Source: a virus (lineage: Duplodnaviria > Caudoviricetes). Taken from it: a stretch of 54,708 bases of DNA. Below are positions 45,476 through 54,579 of the stretch, piece after piece. The DNA lies in IMG/VR virus record IMGVR_UViG_3300021477_000008, positions 1 through 54,708 of that record. One strand, 5' to 3'. Position 1 is the first letter of the stretch, and each line of letters begins with the position of its first letter. The notes under the pieces were generated by a model that was not told the origin of the DNA, did no database searches, and saw only the letters and a list, made by a program, of their open reading frames with translations. The translations under genes were made by a program, and so were the position numbers.

Positions 45476-45738
45476 GTTTCCAGCCGCGTGACGAGCGCAT
45501 CGAGCTTCGGGTCAACCGAGCGCAATTCTGCGAGGCGAGATATGCCAAAGCTGACCGCTCCGTGCGTGCAGTTGAACGCTCTGCCGATGACTTCCATCGT
45601 CAGCCCGCGTTGCCACATGAGATGCGCGGCGATTCTCCTTGCATCGGATACAATCACTGTGCGTGACCGGCCCATGATGTCGCTGACGCTGACGCCGGTT
45701 GCTTCGCTTACGGCCAGGATTTCGGGTGGGATGGTCAC
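45457..45738 (-). CDS. Stand-alone DnaA C-terminal (domain IV)-like HTH protein
   Basis: VSVSDIMGRSR…ARRIAAHL…IGRAFN.THGAV. Confidence 0.8.
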   Translation of the reverse strand: MTIPPEILAVSEATGVSVSDIMGRSRTVIVSDARRIAAHLMWQRGLTMEVIGRAFNCTHGAVSFGISRLAELRSVDPKLDALVTRLETKKPAR

Positions 45739-46466
45739 GAAAGTTTGGCGAGGGCTTCTTTGGCTATGTTACGCATGTAATCAGACTTTCCTCTGTCGAG
45801 TGAAAGTGGATTTGGGGCTATGATTATCTCAAATGCCCCCCTCGCCACCCGCATTTGTTCCTTTAGCCGTGCACGCTCGCTCTTTGCTGCGGCGAGTTCC
45901 TTCTCTGTCGCCTCCTTTTGCTCAAGGAAGGTTTTGGCGGCGGTGGGTAGGTTGGCGATGGCGTTATCTGCGGCTACGTTGAACTTTGTCAATTGTTTGG
46001 CTAAATCCGTCGGGCAATGCGCTTTGATTTTGCCCCACGAAATATAATCAATTCCAGAACAAAAATGTTTCAACTCCTCCACCATCACCGCGATTTGAGC
46101 GTGGGCTGAGGCGAGTTCGGATGCGAGGCGGTCGCGGTCGGATGTAATAACAACAAGCCGTTCATGCAATGATTGGAAAGCGACATCCGCAACTCTAATT
46201 TGTTCACGCAGCATTCGCGGGTCTTCCTCTTTCCACTTCTCCAACTCCCTCACCCGCTCATTCAACTGCTGCCTTGCGGTGGCGAGTTGGGTGAGATGCT
46301 TCTTTGCTGCAAAACGATAGTTATATCTGATTTCATCAGAAAGCGTGTTAAACGCGGCCATACTCAAACCGGATAAGTAAAGAGCGGTCGCTTCAATCTC
46401 ATAATGAGTCATCTGCGTCGGCTGCGGCTCGGGTGCGGGGGAATCATTTGCATTCGGTTGGTTCAT
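45735..46466 (-). CDS. Coiled-coil hypothetical protein
   Basis: 243-aa ORF in operon. Confidence 0.65.
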   Translation of the reverse strand: MNQPNANDSPAPEPQPTQMTHYEIEATALYLSGLSMAAFNTLSDEIRYNYRFAAKKHLTQLATARQQLNERVRELEKWKEEDPRMLREQIRVADVAFQSLHERLVVITSDRDRLASELASAHAQIAVMVEELKHFCSGIDYISWGKIKAHCPTDLAKQLTKFNVAADNAIANLPTAAKTFLEQKEATEKELAAAKSERARLKEQMRVARGAFEIIIAPNPLSLDRGKSDYMRNIAKEALAKLS

Positions 46467-46469
46467 AAA

Positions 46470-46700
46470 TCACGGATACGGGTTTTCGTAGGGATCGTCA
46501 GTGCGGCGTTTGATGCGGTCGTAAGCCTCTCTTGCTGAATGTTGAACCGAGCTGTAACCGCAGCCGTCGTAACTCTGTTCGCGGCTTCGCACCTGTTCGC
46601 CATCGTAAATAGAGTTGTCATCAAGCGATTGACGCAAATCGTCAGCATCACAGTAACGGCCTTGTCGTTCCATTTCACGGATTATATCTCTGTATTTCAT
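46470..46700 (-). CDS. Hypothetical protein (MKYRDIIREME…)
   Basis: ATGA-coupled internal start. Confidence 0.55.
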   Translation of the reverse strand: MKYRDIIREMERQGRYCDADDLRQSLDDNSIYDGEQVRSREQSYDGCGYSSVQHSAREAYDRIKRRTDDPYENPYP

Positions 46701-46915
46701 TTGGTTTGGCCTTTCTCTTTTTCCCACGCCGTGATTTGTTCGGAAGTGCATTTTGAGCGAGCGCGGCGGTATTCGCAGCCATCGTAGAAATAACCATCCT
46801 CGTCCACTATCATCCATGCGGCAGCAATAAAGCAAAACTCATCCGTCTCCTGCTTCGGCATCATCAGGTCTGCCAGCGGAGTGCCGCCTTGAAAGACTAT
46901 GTATGGGTCATTCAT
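46697..46915 (-). CDS. Hypothetical protein
   Basis: 72-aa ORF in operon. Confidence 0.55.
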   Translation of the reverse strand: MNDPYIVFQGGTPLADLMMPKQETDEFCFIAAAWMIVDEDGYFYDGCEYRRARSKCTSEQITAWEKEKGQTK

Positions 46916-46918
46916 AAA

Positions 46919-47755
46919 TTATCCAGTGCAGTAACCTGAATCGCATCCGCCGCCCGGCTCCAGTTTTGCTTTCTTTGGTGGGACTCTTTTAGCCCATTCC
47001 ACAACGGCGTCAATTCCTTCCGGGCGTCCCTTTTTGCGGAATGGATGAAACATGAACTTGTTAGAGAAATCTCTTTCCCTATTCAAATCGCTAAGCATTT
47101 TCTCGCGCTGACGGATGTCAGCCTTGTCGTCCTCGTCCCATGTTTTTATGTCGGTGCTGTTAGCTAGCACGCAGCGGCATTCACGGCTGCGATGTGGCAG
47201 CGGTTTGTATCCGGCGCGGGCAAGGAGTTCGTTTCTGTCTTGTTCGGTATGCAGCACAAGCGGCGACCATTGTGCCCGGCCTTCGTTGGTTGAATCGCTT
47301 TCAACATATTCCGGCCAGTTGGCTCGGTCGGCGGATTCCTCACGGCGCACGCCGCAAACCATTTCAGATAGTCCGTCGGGATCATTCCACGACAGCCAGT
47401 GCATGGTTGGAATTATTTTCGCCTCTTGCGTGCAGAACCGTCGCATCTTATCCGGCCAAACATTGTGAGCGACCAACATTGCATCCCAATCAAAACGCGC
47501 TGTTCTGCACGGAATGAATCCGCACCTTTCCGCGAATCGTTCGCCCGCTGGCACTCTCAGTTCAATCCACCATTTTGCAGCCCAACCCGTGTCGTTGAAT
47601 AGCACAACAACTTTACCAAGCGGATGATTTTGGTTGTATTCGTGAAGGTACTGGAGCAGCGCAATCGAATCATTCCCATAGGAGCATTTGACGACATAGT
47701 CGGGCCGCAGCGCTTGGCCATCAAAATCAAAAGATGTTGGAATGGCGCTCATCAC
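46919..47755 (-). CDS. PAPS-reductase-family (PP-loop) protein
   Basis: SYGNDS PP-loop, DTGW, RFCT..K, GVRREES..R, ECRC, C-terminal GCDSGYC. Confidence 0.85.
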   Translation of the reverse strand: MMSAIPTSFDFDGQALRPDYVVKCSYGNDSIALLQYLHEYNQNHPLGKVVVLFNDTGWAAKWWIELRVPAGERFAERCGFIPCRTARFDWDAMLVAHNVWPDKMRRFCTQEAKIIPTMHWLSWNDPDGLSEMVCGVRREESADRANWPEYVESDSTNEGRAQWSPLVLHTEQDRNELLARAGYKPLPHRSRECRCVLANSTDIKTWDEDDKADIRQREKMLSDLNRERDFSNKFMFHPFRKKGRPEGIDAVVEWAKRVPPKKAKLEPGGGCDSGYCTG

Positions 47756-48069
47756 TTCCTCCCCTTTCGCTTGCGGCCAGCATTCTCGCGTTCGAACTGT
47801 TTCATTAGAGCCTCAATGGTATTGTAAAGCGTGACGGCCTGCTGCGCCATCTGGATTCGTGGAGCCTTGGGCGGCGGCTCTGTGCGCCTTTGGTTTCGGA
47901 GTGCGCGGAGAAAATCTAATCGCACAGCGCGTTTAGATTCTGACGGGCAATCGTCAAGCGGCACGCACGCATCGCATTTTGTGCAATAAACGACCATATC
48001 GCCGTTGACAACGTCTATTGCAAGCTCGCGGTGCGGACACCTTGGAATCTTCGGTTTCATGTCGCTCAT
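47752..48069 (-). CDS. Cys-containing hypothetical protein
   Basis: CPH…CTKC; start uncertain. Confidence 0.55.
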   Translation of the reverse strand: MSDMKPKIPRCPHRELAIDVVNGDMVVYCTKCDACVPLDDCPSESKRAVRLDFLRALRNQRRTEPPPKAPRIQMAQQAVTLYNTIEALMKQFERENAGRKRKGRK

Positions 48070-48248
48070 TTGGGTTTTGGGGTAGGTCTTTTCGCAATAA
48101 TCTCTAAACATTTTGGACAAGTGACAGCATCGTCTCTTAATACCCATGTGGCCCGACGCAGGTCAATGCGCCGAGGAGGGTCAAAACAGAGCGCGGATAC
48201 CGCTCCGTCAGAGCGCACCTTTGACGCCCGATGAATTATCTTGCTCAC
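48066..48248 (-). CDS. Small protein (…VTCPKC)
   Basis: GTG start overlapping the upstream stop. Confidence 0.55.
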   Translation of the reverse strand: MSKIIHRASKVRSDGAVSALCFDPPRRIDLRRATWVLRDDAVTCPKCLEIIAKRPTPKPK

Positions 48249-48445
48249 TTCCCACTCCGTTTCTTGAGCAGGGCGCGGAGTTTTTCGGAGAATTTTTGAT
48301 AATCCAAAGCCCTTACATCGAATACTGCGGCCATAGATGACAGACATCTCGTACGATATTGCGTTGCTAATTCTAGCCATATTTTAGCTCTGTCCTCATA
48401 TTGAGCGGCGAGCTTCTCCAATTCCTGCCGCAGCGTTGGTTTCAT
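48245..48445 (-). CDS. Hypothetical protein
   Basis: 66-aa coupled ORF. Confidence 0.55.
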   Translation of the reverse strand: MKPTLRQELEKLAAQYEDRAKIWLELATQYRTRCLSSMAAVFDVRALDYQKFSEKLRALLKKRSGK

Positions 48446-48615
48446 TTGGCGGGAGGGGTTACAGGTTCTTGTTGCAAGGCATCACGAAGTCCATCCGTCG
48501 CGTGGTCTAGCGCGTCGTATATCGGGTCGTCGGAGTCTCCCCGTATGCGTTCGTCAATCACGCGGTCTAGCGCTTCGATGTACGCCTGCAAGGCATTGTT
48601 TGTGTCGTTGGTCAT
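48442..48615 (-). CDS. Hypothetical protein
   Basis: MTNDTNNALQ… internal start. Confidence 0.5.
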   Translation of the reverse strand: MTNDTNNALQAYIEALDRVIDERIRGDSDDPIYDALDHATDGLRDALQQEPVTPPAK

Positions 48616-48619
48616 CTTA

Positions 48620-48922
48620 TCATTTCTTGGCGTCGAGCCACGATTGTTTTGTCTGGCAGGTGCGTTCAGTCTTTCGGCCAATCGTTTCTTCGTCTAGTAA
48701 ATCCAACAGCGCATCCCCTGCCTTTTCCAGCCGGTCAATGCGGGATTGGAGCGCGGCGATGCCATCCGCGATTGATTCTGGCCCGGTCGTGAACATGGCC
48801 AGCAACATCTCGTCGTGGGTTTCCATCGCGTAAATCTGGGCGCGAAGTGTATCATTCTGCGCGGCAAGACCCGCAATGGCAGATTCGGCTTCCGCGAGAT
48901 TTGGGTAAATACGGTATGGCAT
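48620..48922 (-). CDS. Coiled-coil hypothetical protein
   Basis: MPYRIYPNL…; AAGGA upstream. Confidence 0.55.
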   Translation of the reverse strand: MPYRIYPNLAEAESAIAGLAAQNDTLRAQIYAMETHDEMLLAMFTTGPESIADGIAALQSRIDRLEKAGDALLDLLDEETIGRKTERTCQTKQSWLDAKK

Positions 48923-48924
48923 AG

Positions 48925-49314
48925 CTATGTCTGAATCCTTTCGATTCTCACGACCGTCCCCTCGCGTCCGCTGGTTTGGCACTGGGCGTATTCCCAAGCG
49001 ATTCGGTCGTCCCGGTCGTCCATTCCGAGCCATGCGGCGATAGAATCTCGCAGCGACTTGCACCCGCCGGAATAATTTTCCGAATCGAGGATTCGGGAAC
49101 GAAGGCCGATGATTGCAATCCGTAGTTGGATACCGCCTGTAGCCAGGCGCTGCCTGCTTCTTTGCGGCGACGGCTCGCCCCGCTCCAATGGCCGCGTTGC
49201 TTGTTCAACGACGTGGCTTTGAAGTTTACCCAGACCAGGCACACGGGAGGGGTGACACCATTCGCCACGGTGGAAAATCCAGCTTGCGGGGACTTGGGGC
49301 GGGCGCTCATTCAT
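48925..49314 (-). CDS. RusA-like Holliday junction resolvase
   Basis: LD.EN….K…D.I…..DD….EY.Q…G..VRIE arrangement. Confidence 0.55.
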   Translation of the reverse strand: MNERPPQVPASWIFHRGEWCHPSRVPGLGKLQSHVVEQATRPLERGEPSPQRSRQRLATGGIQLRIAIIGLRSRILDSENYSGGCKSLRDSIAAWLGMDDRDDRIAWEYAQCQTSGREGTVVRIERIQT

Positions 49315-50005
49315 TTGGCCTCTCGGTTAAGCGTTTAAATTCCAGAACCCAAACCCATTTATTTTTGTCGCGCTCCCACGAGCCTTTGCCGTGGATGGAC
49401 TCCCAAAGTTTGTGATAGCCGTTTTTGTATTTGTGATGTGAGCCTTCGTCATACTGGTGCTCAACCCTTTCAGCGATGGAACACTCCCATGATGCGTCCA
49501 GCGGTTCACACCCTTCCGTCCTCGCATCTTCCTCGCTTATGTCCTGCAACCGCTCCACGCGCACGCCGGTAATTTCCAGCGTGATGCGCGAGGCCCAACG
49601 GGGCATAAAGATGGATGGACGTTTGTGCCATCCCTGGCTCGTGCGATTCGGAATGATATGTGGTGGCTCATAACAGACTGAGGCCGCGCCGCTGTTTTGT
49701 GCTCGGAAGCGCCACCGCTGTTTTCTGGTGTTGGTCAATCCGTTGCGTTGCCATCTACCAAATCGCCAGTGGGTTTCCTTGACCCAAAGCCTGTCGCCGG
49801 GTTGGCCAAGCGGACACACTTCTGTCGCGTGTCCCGTCATAGGGGCGAATCTCATTATATCGTCAGCTTTTAAGTATCCTTGCGCATCTGGCCCGAACAT
49901 CCAATCGGCTTTGATAATCCTGCGCGTCTGCGTCTTGCTGCCGTCAAGGATGGCCCGCACCATCGGCGCGGACATTAATATTGGCCTCTCGCGTATCGCG
50001 GTCAT
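49307..50005 (-). CDS. ASCH-like conserved phage protein
   Basis: ERPILMSAPMVRAILDGSKTQTRR, PSIFMPRWASRITLEI, LQDISEEDA, WVWV. Confidence 0.85.
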   Translation of the reverse strand: MTAIRERPILMSAPMVRAILDGSKTQTRRIIKADWMFGPDAQGYLKADDIMRFAPMTGHATEVCPLGQPGDRLWVKETHWRFGRWQRNGLTNTRKQRWRFRAQNSGAASVCYEPPHIIPNRTSQGWHKRPSIFMPRWASRITLEITGVRVERLQDISEEDARTEGCEPLDASWECSIAERVEHQYDEGSHHKYKNGYHKLWESIHGKGSWERDKNKWVWVLEFKRLTERPNE

Positions 50006-50010
50006 GGGGT

Positions 50011-50640
50011 TTAACGAAATTGGGCCATCGCTTGCTCGTAGGCTTCGGACAGTGCCTTGAACTTTGCCTCGGAGCCGCCGGGTTTGTCAGGGTGGCAAAG
50101 ATTCGCTTTTGCTTTGAACGCCGATTTCACCGCGCCTTCGCTGGCGTCGGGGAGGATGTCGAGCATTTCCCACCACGGCCTCCCGCCGCATCGTTCCGGT
50201 ATGGCGATGTAGCCTTGAAACGCTTGCTCGACGGTGGTGCATCCCCATCGCTCACGAGCCCGTTGGGCTTCGATGTCCTTTGCGATGGCTGTCAAATTGA
50301 ATCCGAGCCGCACCCATTTGTCACACGAGAGAACACAGGGGCGAAAGAATTCCTTCCCGTTGCGGAAGAATCGCAACTGAAAATAAACGGCTACCCCTGG
50401 GTCAGACGGCTCTGCGACTTCGCGGTTGCCGGTCTTGGTGAACGCTTTGTTGCACGAAATAATTATGCTATCATCCTGATAATCCCAACGGCGTTTGTTG
50501 AGGCGGTTTATCTCAGCTTGTACAAAGTCTCTGGCCCATGGATACGCCCTCTCATCGAACTGTGGCGTCGAACGATTCATCGGCGCGGTGCGTCCGACAT
50601 TGTTTGGCCAGCAGAGAGGAAATCGCGTAATGTCGCTCAT
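50011..50640 (-). CDS. J-domain-containing phage protein
   Basis: PL.WP N-terminus, DPGVAVYF, C-terminal HPDKPGGS. Confidence 0.9.
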   Translation of the reverse strand: MSDITRFPLCWPNNVGRTAPMNRSTPQFDERAYPWARDFVQAEINRLNKRRWDYQDDSIIISCNKAFTKTGNREVAEPSDPGVAVYFQLRFFRNGKEFFRPCVLSCDKWVRLGFNLTAIAKDIEAQRARERWGCTTVEQAFQGYIAIPERCGGRPWWEMLDILPDASEGAVKSAFKAKANLCHPDKPGGSEAKFKALSEAYEQAMAQFR

Positions 50641-50649
50641 AGTTTCCCC

Positions 50650-50736
50650 ACGCTATTCGATGGCGGAAAGGAATGCAAGAAGTATTTTTATATTTCGTGC
50701 GATTTTTGTTGACGTTAAGGCATTCGGTGGTATCCT
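50650..50736. promoter_or_regulatory. Divergent sigma70-like promoters
   Basis: Plus strand TTGACG-16-TATCCT (50709-50736, extended TG); minus strand TTGCAT-17-TAGCGT; both end 8-9 nt before an ATG. Confidence 0.6.
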
Positions 50737-50744
50737 GAACTTCA

Positions 50745-50927
50745 ATGAATACGGAATTAACCAACAAAATCAAGGCTCTTAAGCCTTCCAAAGGGTTCGT
50801 GGTTGCGACCACAAAAGAGCGCGACAAGGTGCTCAAAGAGGCTCGCGACTTGAAGCGATTCGGACAGATTGATTTCGATGTGACCACTCGGGAATGCGAT
50901 GGCGGTTTCAAGGTGGTGGCGGTATGA
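50745..50927 (+). CDS. Small putative DNA-binding protein
   Basis: 60 aa, basic, apparently leaderless. Confidence 0.65.
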   Translation: MNTELTNKIKALKPSKGFVVATTKERDKVLKEARDLKRFGQIDFDVTTRECDGGFKVVAV

Positions 50928-51340
50928 GCGCTATCTATGGATTGTTTAATAAGAACGGCGAGTGCTTATATGTCGGCAGAACGAACAATCCCGGAATACG
51001 AGCAGAAAGCCACAGGAAACGCTTTAGGCGTGCCACGTTTCAGATTATTTCCGAAGTGCCACGCGAACAGGCGGAAGCGGAAGAATATGCCACAATTGCC
51101 AGGTTCAGGGCTATTGGCCAAGCAAAAGCGAATCGAGCGACCCCAACATCTTTTAAAGTTCCTCTTGCGAGACAAATCGTGAATCTAAAGCCGCGGCATC
51201 GGTTCTCAATTAACGGCAAAAAAGCACGCAATGAAGCGAATCGCGCCATCAAAACTCTCCGAGACGCCGGAGTGTTGACCGTCGAGGTCATCACCCGCGA
51301 AACGGACAAAACAGAAGTGTTCAACGTCATCGCCCTTTAA
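50924..51340 (+). CDS. GIY-YIG nuclease domain protein
   Basis: AIYGL…LYVGRT….R..H…E…I….N; C-terminal domain resembles 50745-50927. Confidence 0.75.
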   Translation: MSAIYGLFNKNGECLYVGRTNNPGIRAESHRKRFRRATFQIISEVPREQAEAEEYATIARFRAIGQAKANRATPTSFKVPLARQIVNLKPRHRFSINGKKARNEANRAIKTLRDAGVLTVEVITRETDKTEVFNVIAL

Positions 51341-51359
51341 CAACCCCAAACACTGAAAT

Positions 51360-51641
51360 ATGAAACGACCAAACGGAGAACAAATACAAGCCGAAATTGA
51401 TTGGCTGAAAGCGAACAAATCTAAAGTGCGGAAACATTCCGCATTCGAGGACAACCACCACGATAGCATTGACGGTCAGATTCGCGCTTTGGAAGGTCGC
51501 TTTGATGAGGACGACATGCAGCGCGAATTCTCGGATGAACCGTCGAATGTGCAGGAGTCCGTGCGCGACGCCATTCTTTGGATGGAAGGCGAAGAGGAGG
51601 TTTCCCCTTCCCTTAACTGGAAGCCGCTCGTTCAGAAATAA
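51360..51641 (+). CDS. Hypothetical protein
   Basis: 93-aa ORF. Confidence 0.7.
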   Translation: MKRPNGEQIQAEIDWLKANKSKVRKHSAFEDNHHDSIDGQIRALEGRFDEDDMQREFSDEPSNVQESVRDAILWMEGEEEVSPSLNWKPLVQK

Positions 51642-51702
51642 CCCGCGTAATCGCAACCGTTTTAACAACTCCAAATACAAGACCCCAACAAAAGGAAATC
51701 CA

Positions 51703-52137
51703 ATGCCAAACATCAATGTAATGCGCGAATCCAACTTCCTCAAAAAAGAGGACTGTGACCCGCCGATTCTCGTGACCATCAAAGGCGTTCATCAAGAGAA
51801 CGTCGCGAAAGCCGGAGCACCGGAAGAACTCAAATGGTGCATCGAATTCAACGAGGCTGAAAAGCCTATGGTTCTGAATTCGACCAACGCCCAACTCATC
51901 GCCAAGATTGTTGGGAGCGAAGAAACCGACAACTGGACTGGCAAAAAAGTCGTGCTCTACAATGACCCAAGCGTGAGCTTCGCTGGCAAGGTCATTGGTG
52001 GCATTCGTGTGCGAGCACCAAAGCAGCGTGCCGCCGCGCCTGCGCCTGCGCCCGCTCCCGTCCCTATCGCTCCACATCCCGCGCCAGCCAACGGTCCAGG
52101 CAATCCGGGCGCGGACGATGACGACGTTCCGTTCTGA
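51703..52137 (+). CDS. Probable single-stranded DNA-binding protein
   Basis: FLK.ED…LN.TN…W.GK.V.LY…GIRVR core, Pro/Ala linker, acidic DDDDVPF tail. Confidence 0.7.
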   Translation: MPNINVMRESNFLKKEDCDPPILVTIKGVHQENVAKAGAPEELKWCIEFNEAEKPMVLNSTNAQLIAKIVGSEETDNWTGKKVVLYNDPSVSFAGKVIGGIRVRAPKQRAAAPAPAPAPVPIAPHPAPANGPGNPGADDDDVPF

Positions 52138-52138
52138 C

Positions 52139-52291
52139 ATGAACGTAAAAGAACTCATTCGCCAAATCCGTGAACAAGGCCCGAAATTCAATCTGTGTGA
52201 GAAATGCGGTCGGTTTGAATCGCCCGTCAAGTATTCTGCACAACTTGACCTGTGGGTCTGCTGGCAATGCTTTCACGAATTAACGAAATGA
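52139..52291 (+). CDS. Small zinc-finger protein
   Basis: CEKC…CWQC. Confidence 0.55.
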   Translation: MNVKELIRQIREQGPKFNLCEKCGRFESPVKYSAQLDLWVCWQCFHELTK

Positions 52292-52638
52292 AAGCCATCG
52301 TTACAGACGCCATCTTTTCGGGGTTCACGTCCAGGGCCGATAAATCAATCGGTTTTCGCGGCGTGACCCCCGAATTGACCAGCGTGGAAAAAGCGGCCCT
52401 GATGGATATTCACGGCATCAACGTGCGGTTGCTTATTGAACCGAAAGATTTTGAGCTTGATGCCAAGCTGGAAATCAAAGGTCAATTCGATAAAAAGACC
52501 GCCTCGCAACGGCTTCGCGCTGTGTTGTTCATCTTGTGGAAACAATCCAGCGGGCAAGGCGAATTTGAGGACTTTTACCGCAGAGAAATGGAAAGCGTGA
52601 TTGAACAAATAAAATCGCGCCTTAGCGACAATGGCTGA
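52288..52638 (+). CDS. Conserved phage protein (SQRLRAVLF…FEDFY)
   Basis: ATGA-coupled start. Confidence 0.7.
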   Translation: MKAIVTDAIFSGFTSRADKSIGFRGVTPELTSVEKAALMDIHGINVRLLIEPKDFELDAKLEIKGQFDKKTASQRLRAVLFILWKQSSGQGEFEDFYRREMESVIEQIKSRLSDNG

Positions 52639-52876
52639 CCAAACTAATCAATACAGAAAAAACACATTGTATGTGACCAACCAGATTCATCGCTGGCTTT
52701 GGTGGCTGGCAGACGTACAAGAACATGCAACGGCTGAATCCATCGCCGATGACATTCTGAGAACGGAACTGATAAAACGCCATCCTAATATTGAACAAGC
52801 TGAGGTTGATTACCAGAAAGGCCGGAAAGCCCTGAACGACGCGGCTAAAGCATTCCTTAAAACCCCAACCCCTTAA
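52631..52876 (+). CDS. Hypothetical protein
   Basis: 81-aa ORF. Confidence 0.6.
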   Translation: MADQTNQYRKNTLYVTNQIHRWLWWLADVQEHATAESIADDILRTELIKRHPNIEQAEVDYQKGRKALNDAAKAFLKTPTP

Positions 52877-52881
52877 CGATT

Positions 52882-53265
52882 ATGAACCTAACCCGAATAA
52901 ACGAATACTGGCACTTGCTCGAAGCTGCGAAGGCGGGCAAGACGATTCAGTGGCAATTTGGTGGTGATGGCAAGTGGCGCGACTTGACCGAAAGCGACCT
53001 TCTTGACACACCCGAGCATTACCGAGTCAAACCCGAGCCAAAGCTCAGGCCTTGGAGGCCAGAGGAAATCCCCGTTGGTGCGCTGATTCGTCGCAAAGAA
53101 AAAGATTCGTTCTTGGCGATAATCACGGCGAGATATCAAGCACTGTTTTGGACAACATATCACGGAACGGGCGGATTGCCAACCGAGCAGGTATTGAAAT
53201 CCCATGAGCATTCCACCGACGGCGGTGTCACTTGGAAACCCTGCGGCGTGGAGGAGGCGCCATGA
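52882..53265 (+). CDS. Hypothetical phage protein
   Basis: GKTIQ…YRVKPEP…STDGG.TW.PCG. Confidence 0.7.
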   Translation: MNLTRINEYWHLLEAAKAGKTIQWQFGGDGKWRDLTESDLLDTPEHYRVKPEPKLRPWRPEEIPVGALIRRKEKDSFLAIITARYQALFWTTYHGTGGLPTEQVLKSHEHSTDGGVTWKPCGVEEAP

Positions 53266-53504
53266 GCGACAACTACAACCGGCCAGCGTTCCCGCAGCCG
53301 TTGACGGATAATCAGGGACGGGTCGACTATCCAGAGCAATACGGAGTTGGCGGCCTCACCAAGCTGGAATATTTCACCGCGATGGCGATGCAGGGATTGA
53401 TAATACAAGACCCTGCTGATATTCCAGCCGGAATTGAAATGCACGATGTTGCAATCGCGATAGCCAAAGCCACGCTCGACGCACTCGAAAAGGAGGGTAA
53501 ATGA
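53262..53504 (+). CDS. Small phage protein (PAFP…GLTK.EYF.AMAMQG family)
   Basis: Motif match from memory; GGAGG SD. Confidence 0.75.
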   Translation: MSDNYNRPAFPQPLTDNQGRVDYPEQYGVGGLTKLEYFTAMAMQGLIIQDPADIPAGIEMHDVAIAIAKATLDALEKEGK

Positions 53505-53722
53505 GCGCGACCACCGACATGCTGGAAGCCGACGAATTCGCCAAATGGGCTGACATGCGCCGAGCCGAGCAAGTATTTCTCGCCAAGAAAGAAATATGGC
53601 TCACCGCTTACGCTCTCTGGCGCAACGAACAGCACAAAGAAAGACTCTTGCAGCAAATCCCACAACAACAGGAGGCGGTCGCAACGCCGCCTCCTGCCTC
53701 AATTACCAATACGAAGCCATGA
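53501..53722 (+). CDS. Hypothetical protein
   Basis: AAGGAG SD, ATGA overlap. Confidence 0.6.
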   Translation: MSATTDMLEADEFAKWADMRRAEQVFLAKKEIWLTAYALWRNEQHKERLLQQIPQQQEAVATPPPASITNTKP

Positions 53723-53808
53723 CCACCCACGACCTCATTCCGCCAATCATCGGCTCAATCTGTTTCCTCGCCTACTGCCTTGCGCTGGAGAAAGCGAGGC
53801 GGGGATGA
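53719..53808 (+). CDS. Single-TM microprotein (29 aa)
   Basis: ATGA-coupled at both ends. Confidence 0.45.
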   Translation: MTTHDLIPPIIGSICFLAYCLALEKARRG

Positions 53809-53987
53809 AAAGGGTACTTGTTTGGCTTGGAGTCATAGTGTTGTTCAATTTCACATGGCTGACTTTGTGGGATTTGATATTTAAGTGTCCTGTGCCGATG
53901 TGGTTTCTGATTTCTTTTTCAGCAGCTTTCGGATTTGTGCTTGCCATAATCGAATACGTGTACTTTCCAGACGACCCAAAACGATGA
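53805..53987 (+). CDS. Small two-TM membrane protein
   Basis: Hydrophobic 60-aa ORF. Confidence 0.6.
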   Translation: MKRVLVWLGVIVLFNFTWLTLWDLIFKCPVPMWFLISFSAAFGFVLAIIEYVYFPDDPKR

Positions 53988-54196
53988 AATCTGACCTTAA
54001 TGAAATCCCGATGCGCCTCTACTACCGCGAGCACACGCGATTCGACCCTGACGCGCATCCGTATGATTCGCCTGCGCTGAGGGAGTATGATAAGGAACGA
54101 TTTGCCGCGTTGGCGGCTAACGCTCCCGTCGCCGATAAACCATCAACCGTTGTTAACAATGACGGCGGCGGGAGCGGTCATGGCAGAAAACCCTAA
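53984..54196 (+). CDS. Hypothetical protein (MKSDLNEIP…)
   Basis: ATGA-coupled start. Confidence 0.55.
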   Translation: MKSDLNEIPMRLYYREHTRFDPDAHPYDSPALREYDKERFAALAANAPVADKPSTVVNNDGGGSGHGRKP

Positions 54197-54210
54197 AACG
54201 AAAAGGACAA

Positions 54211-54579
54211 ATGCAAACAGAAATAAATGAAGTCGAAGTGAATGGCATCAAATATATCCGCAAGGATACCGCTCAAACGCTCATCGTGTCCAAAGACGCC
54301 ATCATGGTCAGAACGCAATCGGCAGGCGTGTTTTACGGAACTCTCGCCGAGAGCAATCTGAAAGAAGGTTGGGTGAAACTCAAGAACGCCCGGCGCGTAT
54401 GGTACTGGGATGGAGCGGCAAGCCTGTCGCAACTCGCAACGGAGGGCACATCCAAGCCATCCAATTGTAAGTTTCCCGTCCCTGTCTCGGAAGTCACGTT
54501 ACTCGGAGTCATCGAACTGATTCCATGTACGGAAAAAGCCGTCGCATCTCTCAACACCGTCAGCGTATGGAAACAATAA
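54211..54579 (+). CDS. DUF6948-like protein
   Basis: VRT.SAGVF.G.L…NARRVWYWDGAASLSQLA.EG…IELIP; AAGGA SD. Confidence 0.8.
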   Translation: MQTEINEVEVNGIKYIRKDTAQTLIVSKDAIMVRTQSAGVFYGTLAESNLKEGWVKLKNARRVWYWDGAASLSQLATEGTSKPSNCKFPVPVSEVTLLGVIELIPCTEKAVASLNTVSVWKQ

